A stretch of DNA of 64,000 nt from Psammoneis japonica (taxonomy: Eukaryota), in the NCBI GenBank assembly GCA_008632985.1, contig QPGO01000099.1:227679-291678 (forward strand). The letters run 5' to 3'. Positions 23,077 to 39,200 of this stretch are shown here, one piece after another (within the stretch, counting starts at the first letter, position 1; each line of letters opens with the position of its first letter). The translations under genes and the position numbers were made by a program. The notes below the pieces were generated by a model. That model had not been told where the DNA came from and made no database searches. It saw nothing but the letters and a program-made list of their open reading frames with translations.

Positions 23077-26000
23077 CATTACATGTAAATACCGTATGTT
23101 AGCACTGTAGCCCATGTGTGATGTATAATGAATGTCCTAAAACCAACACTGTCTTCTTATTTGCGTGTAATGTATTCCGTACCTACGTCAATGAACTACG
23201 ATGACTATCCACATACGGTTTCCCCGGAAGCAGGGCCGGTCCCGTTTCTTAGCTTTCCCAGAGAGTTTTTTTGGGATTTTGGAGCGAATTGGATACTGGA
23301 GGCAACGTTGATAGGTGGTCAACAATCCACTTGAGACAGGTAAAACCGCAAGTAGCAAGCACGAACCATGGCGCTGTTTCAACGTAGGGCAAACGCTGCT
23401 TGCGAAGGCTCTAAAACAAAGGATATGAACCTCTTTGACGCTAAAGTCGAGCTGGAGTCAATTGGTTTCCAGACCGTCTGGTCAGAGAAGAACAGGTTGG
23501 TGGGCTCATATTCCGAGTTTCGATGGGAAGAATTGCTGGTCGTCGACACCCTCGTCTTTGTAGAGGAGATGTCGAACAGTTGAGTAGCGAGACTCTTCCA
23601 GAACTGGTTCACCGTAACACTACGTACCGCTGGTGGCCACCGGTCGGGTGTTGTCGCAGAACCGAGACACTCCTTGTCTATTATTCTCGGGAACCCATAA
23701 CAGCAGATACGGCTTGCTACATTGCTCAGTATAAGAAACGAAGCTTCACTAGTCTCACACTTATTGCTGCACAAGATTCAACCTTTACGTCCCACCGGCT
23801 CTCAAAAAAGCATGTCCCAACGTTTGGCTGCGCTATGTTACCTAGAATTCGCTATCTCTCTGGCAGGTTGACGGGCTTGCGAGAAGACGCTCCTTCGCAA
23901 CGAAAGCTGTTCATCCTCATAATGGTCAGCGTTTGTGCCGCATTGCTCGAGGATCCGAGCCTTGCTTTCAAGGCTTTTGTGTATTTGTTATTGTTCATGT
24001 TCCCTGCAAGTGCAATCTGTCCACATGTCCACTTCACTAGGTGCAACAGACGATTCCGGACCAACGATAGCATCAGCACTTTCGTTGTTTAGGAACGATG
24101 GCGAACAAATAGTAGCAGCAAGTCACTGGCTGGTTTAAGTTATTCTAATCTTTTATCAAGCACTGGCCATTTGTTCGAGAGCTTGCGAGTGGCATTTCCG
24201 ATGAACGCGACCACTCTCCATGAGAGTCTTGTCTTCTGTTTTTGACGTGATGAAAAATTGCCTGGGCGGCTGTCTCCAGCCTCGCAGATGGGCAACAAAC
24301 GATCCATTCACAGCAGCGCCAACACCCAAGATTGAAGTCACAAGGCATGCAGTGGAAGCAGCCTGCCAGCTGGAGTGCAAAACGGTTTGATCCATTTCAT
24401 CCTCCGTGGCTTCCTCCAGATCACAAAAATTGAATCCTTCAACTGGAGTTCCCAGAGTGTCTTTTTCATCCAGCTGCTTCTTTGCCTGTTTCTTCACAAA
24501 CTTGATCACATCTTCATCATTGCCTTCCTGAGCACAGACATCACCTGATGATTTTCCACTGTGTCTTTGCAATCCATCATTGGATCTGAGAGTCCACCAA
24601 AGTGACCTGCAAGATTGTCAACTGCCACAAGAGAATCCAGACATTTCACAAACTCGAGGCACTCACCTGAGCTTTTCTGGGTTGTGGGATGATGAATGGT
24701 GCAAACATCCAGCCCCACAATGTCTTGCTGATGAGACACAAGGCACAAGGCTCCTCCACCACAAGTTCTTGGCATTTTTCTTCACCTCACTTCAGAAATG
24801 GATCACAATCATGAAATCTTGCAACTTCATCATTGCTTGCATGAATTTCTAAAGAAAGGGAAATTGCAGCCAAGAGTGCAGAGCGTGTGGCTCACTGCAG
24901 TCAATCACAAAGAACAAAGCATGCACCATGATGACTCCAAAGCAAGTGGTTTGGACATGGACTTAAAACACACAGAGATGGAATGATGCAGAGTCCTGGA
25001 AGCCACAAGCCAGGGCAAGCAAAGACCAGTGCAACAATGTCATCTTTGTTGGTGGTTGATGAGAAAGATTGTTGATTCCCTGGAACAAAACATGTCAAGA
25101 GAAATGATGACATCGGTGGCTGAACACAGCTCATTTTGGAAGCTGGGTGTTTTTTTCTGAAGTGCATCCATCAAAGACCAACAACCACATCTGTGGTTGT
25201 TGCCACATCGTGGGCATGACCAACCAACAAAGAACAAGACTTCATCATGATGCTCACAACAGAGCTGCAGCTTGCATTTGGAAGATTCATCATGCCAGCA
25301 CAGGCTCTGAAATTTTGAAAAAATTCCACATCACCTGGCCCCATTGCAGCATTGTGCAGCTGTTGGCACATGTGGATGAAACCTGCCAGCAGGTCCCAGC
25401 CAAGAACACATGCCAGTTGTGCTTGAAGGCCAAAGAGCTCACAACTGTGCAAATTCCATGTGTTTCTGGTGCAGATGCAGAGCCCAATGCCAGGCTCTGC
25501 TGCTCTGCTCTCAATTTGCTCACAATTCTGACAGTTGGCTCAAAGAAGCACAACGCCAAAAGAAAGTGCAAGTGTTGCTTGTGTTTCCATTTGCAATGAC
25601 ACACTTGCTCTGCCATCTCCATGGGGGTGCACAGCAATGGACTCAACAAACAAAGCTCAGCAATGGCATCTCCCTCCACAGGCAAAGCCAAGGAGCCACA
25701 GTGCTGTCTTCTGGTCAGAACAAGTCTCTGCCATTGCCTGCAAACATGTGGACAGCCCACAGAAATCACAGATCTGGGCAGTTGCTTTTGAATGTTCTTG
25801 GAGAGAGGTGTCAAAGATTGCCTCATTTTTGACTTTGTTTGCTGCTCAGCCTGGCACCACAAGCTGGGTCCATCTGGCTGTGGCTGTTGACAAGAACCTC
25901 TCCTTGTGCAAGTGTGCAGGCAATGCATCATGGCTGAGAGATGGCCCACAATGCCATCTCCTCTGTGGCTGTTAACTTTGTGTCCCTTGGAGGTTAGAGT

Positions 26001-26499
26001 CAAAAACCTCTTTCTTCAACTGGGCTGAAGAGCATGTCAATCTTGCAATTTGTGATGCAAAACTGGTGCAGGATCTCTTTCATGCACTCTGCTGGTTTGG
26101 GAGGAGCCTGCTGGCACATGTCCAACAATCAGTCTCAAACACTGTCAGCTGCAAGAAAAGAGGTGGGGAACTCATGTGCTGCTTGGCATGTGGCTGCAAA
26201 ACCCAGTGCAATGAGCAGCTGCCATTCCTGCTGCACCCACCACAAGCCACATGTCAGTCAGTCATGATGTGGTGGATGGCAGAAAATTGTTGCTTGGAGA
26301 ACTTTTGTGCCATTGTGTGACTCCTGTTGCACCTGCTGCCACCCTCTGCAAACACTGCTGCCGTGCTCTGCTGCTCATGTCAAGATGGCATCATTTGGCA
26401 GAGGAGTGAGGGCCACCCAGTGCACCCAGCGGGCAATGTGGAAGGTCTGCAAGCCCTGAAAAGAAACAGAAACAACAGCTCTGCAGATGAGCTTTTCAC

Positions 26500-28350
26500 C
26501 TTGCTTCTGTGCAGAGCAAACCAAAATGCAGTGTTTTCAAAGCAAAAGAGAAGCTTTCCAGCCAGTGTTGGCAGCAAGAGCTCCAAGCATCAACTCCACA
26601 GAAGCCTCGCGTCAAAGCACGTGAAAGTGTGAGGGATGATTTTCAGTCACAGCTCTGTGACTGATGCAACCCTCTGCTTGCAACCCCAAAAAATGTTGGG
26701 AACTTTGCATCAGCATGACATCAGTTGGCTGGAAATGCATTTTGGCAAAAAAATGGGGGGTTTGTGATGTGGCATTGTGGCCCACAGCTGCCCAGGGCAG
26801 GAGAGGCCATTGGAAAGCTTGAAGGCAGCATGGCACCCAGCATTTTTGACAAAGCACATGAGATGGAAGGGGCTGAAAATTTGTTTGGTTGTGGTCTCTG
26901 TAATTTGTTGCTTCCAGCACACTGCTGGCTGATCTTGACGCAGCCACACCTTGTTGCTGTGCTGTGCTGAGCATCTGAAACAAGTTGCAGTGCATTGGGA
27001 CCCAAGCTGGACAAGTTTGGAGCCCCAACACTCACACCAAAATCAGATGCCCCCCACATCAAAATGTTTTTGGCACTTGGAGTCATGTGAATGAGCTGCT
27101 GGCGCTTGGAGTTTTGTGAATGAGCTGCTGTTTGGACCACCCGTTGAAGAACGGAGTCAGCAAGAGAAAGTGCTGATCACACAACATTGCTGCCCCCACA
27201 ACATTGTGCCTGTTGAACAGAGACAAAAACACCGGTGTTCTCCAAGGCACATCAGAGTGCAAACCACAGTGATGCAGAGCACCTTTCTCACAGCAATGTT
27301 TTTGTCTGTTGCAGTGCAAAATTCCATTGTTTCAAACCTTGACAGTTGTGCAGCTGGCAAACACATGTCAACTGTGACAGATGAACATTTCATGCTGTGG
27401 GACTCCCTGTTTTTCACCATGAAACAGGGACACGTTTTCCCTGTGAGAGTGCCCACCCTCCATCCCCACAAAACTTGCAAGTTAAAATCATTTGCATTGT
27501 GCCATGAACATTCCATTTTGTTGTTTGCATTTAAATCAAATGATGCTGACAGAGACAACACCCCAAAGTTTGCAGCAGCAGTTGCAGCTCACTTTCTTGG
27601 AGTGCCACTGCTGGCAGCCACTTTGTTCATTGCCAAAAAAGTGCAGAGAACATGTTGTGAGAGTGCAACACAGATGAGCCAACACTGCCAACAGGAACAG
27701 CAACATGGGCTCACCAGTGAATCCGGTGCCGCTGATTCTAGAGCAGGCCAGTTTGTGGCAGGAGCTGCTGTTCCATTGTTTGAATTGCCACTGCTCTGTT
27801 CCACCCCATTCATTGCCAAAAAGAGCAGAACATGTTGTGAGAGCACAACACAGATGATCCAACATGCTGCAACCCACAGGAACGGCAACATGGACTCACC
27901 AGTGCATCCAATGCCGCTGATTCTGGAGCTGGCAAGTTTGCAGCAGAAGTGCAGTTGCTCTGATGTCAACCACATGTGTTGATGAAAGGGACTTGCTTCT
28001 TCCATCAGCCACTCAAGCATCATTTCACAAGCACAGTGTGCTGAGCTGCACCATGTCTTTCCACTCCACCAGCACAGCAAAAGCACAAAGGCATTTCTTT
28101 TGAACCAGGCTGGAAAACAAGTGCTGCTTGGCAATGACATTTCAACATTCCACATTTGCTGCAGGAGAATGTTTGCAAAGCTGCAAATGGTTTTGACAAA
28201 AGCAAACAAGTCTGTGCTCAAATCTGTCATTGTGAGGAGCTGCAAAGTGCTGGCAGCAGGAGTTGGCTGCAGCAGCCAATCCTGTTTGGATTTTGGCCCT
28301 TGCACAGCAAAATGTTTCCTCCTGCCAACCAAGAACAGACACAAGCCTCA
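26500..28350 (+). pseudogene. Hypermutated SF2 DEAH helicase relic (divergent copy E)
   Basis: IFDKAHEMEGAENLFGCGLC (~26845) aligns with IFDEAHQMEG/AGSLFGYSIY in other copies; also GPKLDKFGAPT and motif V-like IVRSCKVLAAGV. Confidence 0.65.
27600..27940 (+). repeat. Tandem duplication with ~185-bp period
   Basis: TGCCACTGCT..TTCATTGCCAAAAA..AGAACATGTTGTGAGAG..ACAGATGA..CTCACCAGTG..GCCGCTGATTCT.GAGC occurs at ~27603 and again at ~27786. Confidence 0.8.
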
Positions 28351-28536
28351 CAGAAGAATGACGCAACCAACACAGACTGTGGTTGTGGGCCTCTCTTCAC
28401 TGCACCAGCAGCCACTGTCTGCTGGCTGGCCCAGAGCATGCATCAGCGCACGTGCGGCACACACTTCTGCTGTGAGCACTTTGTGCATCAAGCGGATGTC
28501 CAGAATCATCAATCGACATTGGCTGGCATCAGTGTG

Positions 28537-28746
28537 GGGGAAGTCTCCAGCCAGCTGCGGGCTGAAGAAGAATCTTGCATGGAAAGTGCACTGAAAGAGT
28601 CTGTTGATCTGTGTGTCAGGGGGGTTTGGTTGACACTGGACAGACTCGATGTCTTTTGCACACACACAAATTGTGCCAGCAAAACCCCCAAAAATGCACT
28701 GACGAGCAGACTTTTTTCAGCCAGCAGCTGGCTGGAGACTTCTCCC
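28537..28746. repeat. ~210-bp element bounded by ~40-bp inverted repeats (MITE-like)
   Basis: GGGGAAGTCTCCAGCCAGCTGCGGGCTGAAGAAGAATCT versus AGACTTTTTTCAGCCAGCAGCTGGCTGGAGACTTCTCCC. Confidence 0.65.
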
Positions 28747-29189
28747 AAGTGGGCCCTCTCTGCACACGACATCACAGCAGGTGGAAAAAGCTGCTGCTTT
28801 CTGATGCTTGCTCAACATGATGAGGGGCTCTTGTTTTCTTTTGGCGCTTCTGTCTGTGTTGCAGTTCTTTGCTTCTTTGCAATTTCACCCAATGTTGAGA
28901 GTGGTGCAACAATGTCCCAGAGAATGTTTTCAACTTGTGGATGTGTTGAATGACACAGTTGCTGAACATCTCATTGAACCATTTGTCCCAGGTGCTCAAC
29001 AAAGACATGCATCAAAGATCTGTGTGGACATGAATGTTCTCTCTCCCGCAAACAAACACCACAAAAATCAGGGCCATCACAGAACTGATGTGCATGAGAG
29101 GAGGACATCACCAATGAAGCATTCTGCCTTGTTGCTGAAACAAAACAATGGCTGTCAAGATTGGGGCAGTTGTCATGACAACATTGCTG

Positions 29190-31020
29190 ACTTGATCCCA
29201 CATCATTGTGAAAGAAACAATGCAAGAGCCAATGTCCAACTTCTTCTGGGTTGAAGCAAAACTTTGCTTGCTCTGGAGATGATTGCAAGATTGACTCAGG
29301 AAGGAGCAGGTCCCAATCAATCAAGAGTTCTGTCTGCAGTTTGTGTGACACTGAAACCAACTTTGGCTGAACTTCTTGCTGACACTCCGCACGCGTGCAT
29401 TCCTCAACTTTGACTGCTGTCTCTTCCCAACAGCAACTCCTTGTTGGCACACACAGTCTCCAAAACAAATCACAGTTTCAGGGCCCAAGCTTGACAAGTG
29501 TGGCACACAAACATTCTTGACAAAAAGTGGAGCAAGTGCCACTTGTTGCCTCATGGGCATTCAAAGCTTTGTCAATGAAGAGTTTTTTGGGCGTTCATTG
29601 AACATGGATGCCAGGAGAAAGCATGGAGCAAAACATTGCGGCTCCAATGACACTGTGTGTTTTGGATGGGAACAAACTCTGTGCCGCAATGGGCGACAAT
29701 GTCAACAATGAAGGGGGCACCTTTCCAACTTTTGCCATCCAGCATCTTTCCATGGAGCTTGTAAGCTGAGCACAAGCTTTTGCAGATTCAGCCAGAATTC
29801 TGTTGAAGGAGGCATTTCTGTGTTTGCTGTTTGTGGTGGTCAAAGATGTTTCCACAAAATGCAAACAGCATCTGCAAACACTGGCAACAGGTGTCAAAGG
29901 TGGGATGGGAGTTGGTGGTGATTGTGGATCCTGTCCAAAGCTCCGTTCTTGCACGTCAAATGATCGGGGACATCAGCCGGAAAGCATTTGGCAAGCTGCG
30001 TGGCTGCACTCTTGTTCATGTTCCTGTCAATGGGGACAATGGATTGTCAGAGGATGCTTGCAGATGCAAACTGTTTGCTCTTGTTTTTGAGGCCATGGTT
30101 GTCAGGATGTCTTGTTTGTGATTGAAGAAAGCAGCAGATCGGAAGGCCTTTGAAAGACACAGAGCTCCCTTTCTCATGTGCTTGAGTCATCCAGGCTTCC
30201 TGTTCCATGTCATTTCAAATGAAGAATGACACAATGAACCTTGTCATTTGACAATGCAAAGACAAGAGTGCCCGGGATTGCATGTGTGATGTGCTCTTGG
30301 TGTGTGCAGGCCACAAAAGTCACTGCAATGTCACCAAACATCACAAAGAGAGTGGGGGACACTTGGACATTGGCTGCAAACACAATGATCAGTGAAAAAA
30401 TGTGGGAGGCCAGGCATTTTTTGTGAACATGAGCTTGAGAAGGCTGGCGTCAAGTGGAACATTTGTGATGACAATTGGAGTCATGATCACAGCCTGCTCT
30501 TGGCACACTTGGTCAGGGAAGGCAATTGCGAGAATGTTCCTTTTTGGCATGCTGAGGGGATGACTTTGCTCCAGGAAAATGGTTGGAATGTCAATGACAA
30601 GATTGTGAGCTTGGCAAGCTTGACATTTTTAGAGAAGAAAGACTCAAGGTGGCTGGAGTGGAGTTGGACGTGTTTGAAGCCAATGGGAGACAATGTGTTT
30701 TTTCTTCTCAAACAATTCAAGAAACAGAGCAGCCATTGTAGGGTGCCAAAGGCTCACAAGGAGAATAGGATGAATGACATGACAGCTAAAAAACAAGGGA
30801 AGCTGGACACTTCTTGACAGAAACGACTGGAAAAGGCTGGAGTTGAGTGGGGGACATTTGCGCTGAACGATGGGAGACAATGTTTTCTCTTCTCAAACAA
30901 TTTGCGGCACATGAGGAAAGTTGTAAAGTGCCTTGCACTCATGTTGAAAATGGAAAGAAACTTGGAAGATGGTTGGAAAATCAAAAGAAAACATTGAAGG
31001 CAGGAAAGTTGGAGAGAACA
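29190..31020 (+). pseudogene. Hypermutated SF2 helicase with helicase-associated (HA) repeats (copy A)
   Basis: LFPTATP (motif III), DPVQSSVLARQMIG (motif VI) and HA repeats such as RWETMFSLLKQFAAHEESCKVPCTHVENGKKLGRWLENQK. Collinear with 54720-56890. Confidence 0.85.
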
Positions 31021-31684
31021 GCCACGCGAGTCGTCTGCTGGATCTTTGCGTTGTTTTCTCCGAAAGGCAGCATCTGCAATGCTGGAATCTGCTTGGTCTC
31101 ATTGGTGCTTCTGTTTTTTAAAGAATGAAAGGACTGACTGAAATTTATGAAGCGAGACAGTGTCCACTCCAGCTGAAGCAGAGCTTGAGAGGAGGTGGAA
31201 AACATTGTTCGACAGACCAGAGCACAGAGAGGGCAGTGGCCACAGAAAACACAGAACCAACTCCAAACTTCATCCTTGAACATTCAACTCACATGCATCG
31301 GCTTGGCTAGCCCAGCTGTGTAGCCTGACATGCGTGTTTTAGCCCTGAATGACAACATCTCCGATGCAGCAAACAGAGCAGGGCCTGTGGACAGTCCATG
31401 GCACTGTCAAGCAGTGCAAATCAGCCACGCGGTGGTGTGAACATGGGGTCCGTCCGTCTCTTCTGTTTGATTGGAATCACTCGACTGCATTGAGAAAACT
31501 CGTTGAGCTTCTTTTCGTTTCGGCGTAGTACAATTCTACGTGTTGGTAACAAATCTACGTAGAATCTACGCATGGATCGATCGGCCTCTTTTTAGGTGTG
31601 CGGTAAAACAGCGGCAGCGTGACCATTGCGTTGTTTGTTGTGTCATTCCACAGCAAAACAAAAGAACAGAACAACAACGATACC

Positions 31685-34838
<3,154 letters not shown>

Positions 34839-35750
34839 GCGTGTGCAACAAGAGAGGCGTGAGGTTTTGTAGTGCGGGATTAGCTGTTGTGTAGTTTACA
34901 TTTGGAATATTAGCGCAAGACGATTCTATTGGGACTCTTGTTTTGATTGTATTGGATAGTAGGATCTAGCTACTAATACAGAGTGTATACCAACAAGGTC
35001 ATCCTCTTCGAGCGCAACGCAGTTCGTTCTCACTTTTTCTTCGGCACAGCAAGTACTCCTACTAGTATGAAGGATGAACCGGATCTTCTAACGCCACCAC
35101 CCAACTCAGATGTTTGCGATCGTCGTCTTAGCGAGCGGCCCGATCCGATGCTCTGCCAATTTTAAATCATTACATGGTTGGCAGAGTCCCACCACCGGGC
35201 GAGACCAAATCCTTGGCTCCGCAGTCGTTGTGGCAAGGCGCATGGGAAATGGCTTTGGCAACCATTTTCAATGACATGATCGGTATAGACGTTGTCAACA
35301 GTCCAAAAGGATCCTTTTGCGCACACACGGTGAAAGATCGAGGGGCAATTCATATATTGAATAAAAATGTCATTTGATCGCATAAATAAACACGTGGAAT
35401 GTGTTCACTTATCTTATTACGTGGCTAAAGAAAACAAGAGCTAAATCGCTATCACTTCCAAACCTCCCTCCGACCTCATCACAACATCGGCTGAAAACAA
35501 ACACCAAAACCGCCGTTGTTCTGCAGTCCCGGCAATATTGAATATTGTAAATGGTGACTACACCATCTTCGCCTCTCTCGGGCGACACGATCGATACGGG
35601 CGGTTTTTGTTTGAGGTGCGTTTCTCGTAGATTTCTACGTGTCTGGTACTTGACGTCGATGCTTCCTCTCGTTTGATACATCAAGTTTTGCTCTCGATTC
35701 TCTCACAATCTTTTCTTTGACGAGGAAAGTAGCACAGTAAAGTCATCACC

Positions 35751-36690
35751 ATGATTGCTTCAATCAAGAACCTTGCTGTCATCTCCCTTGGCATTGCTGC
35801 CGGTGCCATGAGCGCTGGTCCCTTTGCCCGCCCGCTTTCGCTTTCGGCCGTTTTGACGCGACGGCGCAAGGTGTGTCGATTGCCTCGAAAGCAAGTCAAG
35901 ACATCCTTCGTATTGCTTTGTCTGCCAAAACGATCTTTACGACGACCGAAAGCCATGACGACTCCTTCATCCGCCTCCAAAACATTCTCAGCAACACCAC
36001 GCCCACAAGCATGCCCATCGAAGCTCTAATCCGGTCGAGCATTCATTGTGTGTATTTTGACCACAAGGACTACGACTCCACCCTTCTTCACAACGCCATT
36101 CGAAACTGCACACCTACGGATGACATGTCAGTTGAGGCTCTGAAAGAATCGAGCTCTGTCTGCCACTCCTTCGACCTTTCCTTCGAGCATGAAATCGAGT
36201 TGTCCGGCCGTTTCCAACAAATCCTTCAAGAGACCACGCTTACCGAGATTTTTCATGAAACCACGTCGAGGTTGCACACTATCTTTCATGGCTCCTCTTT
36301 CATCAATACCAAGACTGTCCGTGAAACCGTTTCGAGCTTACACCAGATCGCCCATGACTCGTTGAAGACCATCATCAAAAAGGCACGAATTCAGGCTCGC
36401 ATTTTGAAAGAATACAAGACGATGCCGTTTCTTTGGTGGTCGAGAGTTCAAAATCAATGAATAGCTTTATCACACTTGTTCAAACTCAGGCTCGTAATTT
36501 GCATGAAAAATATGAGACGATGCCATTTCGGAAGCCAAAATTGTTTTACCAGAACATTGGTGGACGAGAGTTCAAGACTCGTGGAGGAGCTTTGTTTCTG
36601 GATGCGAGTACGCGTAAGCACGATCTCAAGAGTCGGGGACGTTCCTTGTGTCCCGATCCGAATCGTACGGTGAACTGGGTTAGTTGTTAG
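35751..36690 (+). pseudogene. Frameshifted copy of orphan ORF-X (intact copy at 53052-53990)
   Basis: Near-identical peptide split over ORFs 35751-36029, 35873-36460 and 36433-36690. Confidence 0.8.
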
Positions 36691-36889
36691 ACGTGTGCGA
36701 GTACGACAAGAGAGGGGTGATGTTTTGTAGTGCGGGGTTAGCTGTCGTGTAGTTCTTATTTGGAGTATTAGCGCAAGACGAATTTATCGAGATTTTTATT
36801 TTGATTGTATTGGATAGTAGGATCTAGATACTAGTACAGAGTGTAGGGCTATAATAACAAGGTCACCTTCGAGCGCCACGTAGTCGAAG

Positions 36890-39200
36890 TTATTCGGCTG
36901 CCTTTTTTTTTCTTATGACGAGTCGTACAGCACTTAAACCTTTGATTCCCACTGAGCGGCTTTTTTACATCCCAAACGACACCAACATCCACCAGTCATT
37001 CTTGCCAAGAAGTGCCCAGTCTCCCATTCTTTTTAGCTCACTGTTGCGTGCCTCTCCATCCTCTCTGTGACACGAGTAGGGAACATTGCAACGCTCCTCC
37101 CTTCAAAAATCGGAAGTGAATATAAAAACATGGACTCCCATTGACTTACCGGTATGCACGTATTCCACTCGACACCAAGCTCCTCAAGCCGTCCTTGCCG
37201 AGAAGTGGTCAGTTTCCCGTTTCCTTTTACTGATAGTTGCTGGTCCAGCCCACTTCCTAGATTCTTTCCGTCCTCGATGTGACTCCTTGAAACACCAATA
37301 GGAAGATAATTTCCCGTTGATCCTACAACACGTCCCACACAACGCCAGCATCCTCAAGGCGTTGTTCTCGGACGCTGTCGACTCTCCCATAGTCTTTAGT
37401 CGATCGTTGAGCATCTAGACAAGCGCCTACTTTCTTTCATCCTCTTTGTACGTCCTCGGGTTATTGCAATTGCTCTTCGCGGCGTTTGTGAACCAAGAGC
37501 AAATCGTACATGCGACCCCATTGATCCTCCAACATGTCCCACACGACTCAAGCCTTCTTGAGTCGCTCCAGCAGAGAAATATTGAGCCTTTCGTCTTTCG
37601 TACGGACCCGCTGAATCCTTGAAGGGATTATGATGGACATTACAATAACCTTGGCCAGTGTAAATCGAAAGCAAAACATACATGCGATCCAAAGAACTCT
37701 TGCCCAAGCAGTCCCGGATGGCGCGTTTCATTTTTTCATTCTGGAGGCATGAAGGACTCCAACACACGAGAAGGGAGCTCGGTGTCCAGCAAAGTCTCCC
37801 TATTCTCTCGCTTTTGTCAATTATAACCAAGAAACCCTTGCACAATGCAGCCAACTGTGGCCTCTAAAGCAAGCGTAAATATTCATATCCATCATTGCCC
37901 TCTGAAAAGTCATCGTCAGCAGCTACGCGGTACCAAACAGGAAGGTAACTGCGCTCTTTGCCAGCGGCTTCCCGGCTTATACACGTCCAATCATTTGACG
38001 TGTAAGAACAGAGCTTCGGAAGGGATCACCCGTTTGCCCCCAAACTCCCAATCCGCCTCGTCGACGCCGCTGTCGCCAGTACATTGCAACTGGCAGTGAA
38101 AGATTTCGATGCAAACCTCGCTTCTTGTAGAACACATTCCCGTTTTAATGTGGACAACATGTTGGGACTACCACACGCAGCAAACGTAGATATGTTGTCT
38201 TTCAACAACGTTCCAGCCGAGTTCTCAAGGCCTATTCTCGAGCATTGGTAGAGAGGAATGACTCGGCACGGGTCGCGTTTATGGCAAAAGGTAGCAAGAT
38301 GTCTTTGAAGGACTGGAGGAAATAACAGGTTGAAGGTGCGTGCCCATTGATTCGTTTCGATCCAAGACGCACAGTGTAATGGGGACTGTAACTTTTGCTT
38401 GCTCCAAACTACCTTGCAGCGTTCGTCGTTCGATGCACTGTCGAAATAAATCCATCGGAAAAGCTCCTGACGCCCAAAAGGCAATGAGCGGTCTCTGTTC
38501 GGCGGCAAGAGTGTTTGAGCACCGTACTTGTCAAGCTTGGAAGCCAAAAACGGCGATTTGTTTCGGAGACTGGGTATACAGACGAGGAGTTGGCGATAGG
38601 AAATCAATCAGAAGTAGTGAATCGTAGAGCCGTAGATACTGTATCCAAATAGCCTCCGTGCTCCTTCCATCTGGTGTGCTTCATCAAAATGCCAAAGGAA
38701 ATGCTGCCTTCAATTGCTTCAAAAGCCCCCCAACCCGTGGAAGCGAGTTGTAAGTGCAGCAAATCAAACGTAGCTTACCCTCATCAGACGAGAGAAATGC
38801 TTCAATCTCGTCAAATGCTATTGTGCAAGCCTTAGTATGGCTTGTCTGGCTGGCTACAATCAATCAAAGATGAGGAATGTCGGCAACCAGTCCAGAAGTC
38901 CAGGGCTTGATCCACCAAGATCAGTTTTGGTGTTATGCAAATTAAAGATTGAGCTCTTGATCAATTGGGACCTACTCCTTCTCGCTCGTGCTAACCACGA
39001 AAATGTTTCCAAGGTCTAGAACTTTTTACCCATCTCGTGAAAGCTTGGACATTTGCTCTGCAGAAGTGATTTTCTTCTTTCGAGAAACGAGTGATCAATC
39101 CAGATGGATTCGGATTGCCCCGTTTCCTTCACTTGACGTTCTCGTACCTCCTTCGCAATGCTGTATGATGGACTTTATTATTTCATAGTGACGAAAAACG
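36890..39200 (-). pseudogene. SF2 DEAH helicase + HA repeats, disrupted (copy B)
   Basis: Reverse strand TTTGATGAAGCACACCAGATGGAAGGA = FDEAHQMEG (~38662-38688), LVDQALD, QMIGRV and HA repeats RLEELGVEWN..QWESMF. Many stops and frameshifts. Confidence 0.85.

Larger units (their letters stand above)
24150..31450. other. TpA/CpG-depleted block 2 (~7.3 kb) containing two helicase relics
   Basis: Near absence of TA and CG, with dense overlapping Cys/His-rich ORFs because TAA/TAG stops are lost. Normal composition resumes at ~31500, the CDC48 promoter. Confidence 0.9.

Noticed and set aside
23368..24138. Several 70-190-aa ORFs on both strands between the phosphatase and block 2
   Set aside because: No recognisable motif or consistent frame; may be the unmutated edge of the relic but cannot be supported.
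27157..27561. Minus-strand ORF considered as a mutated viral capsid fragment
   Set aside because: No capsid motif recognised; the plus strand of this region is better explained as helicase copy E.
24156..31310. Dozens of overlapping Cys/His/Trp-rich ORFs in all six frames (also in 14.4-15.6, 44.2-45.6 and 58.4-61.6 kb)
   Set aside because: Artefact of TA loss: TAA/TAG stops and Tyr codons are removed. These are not real Cys-rich proteins.
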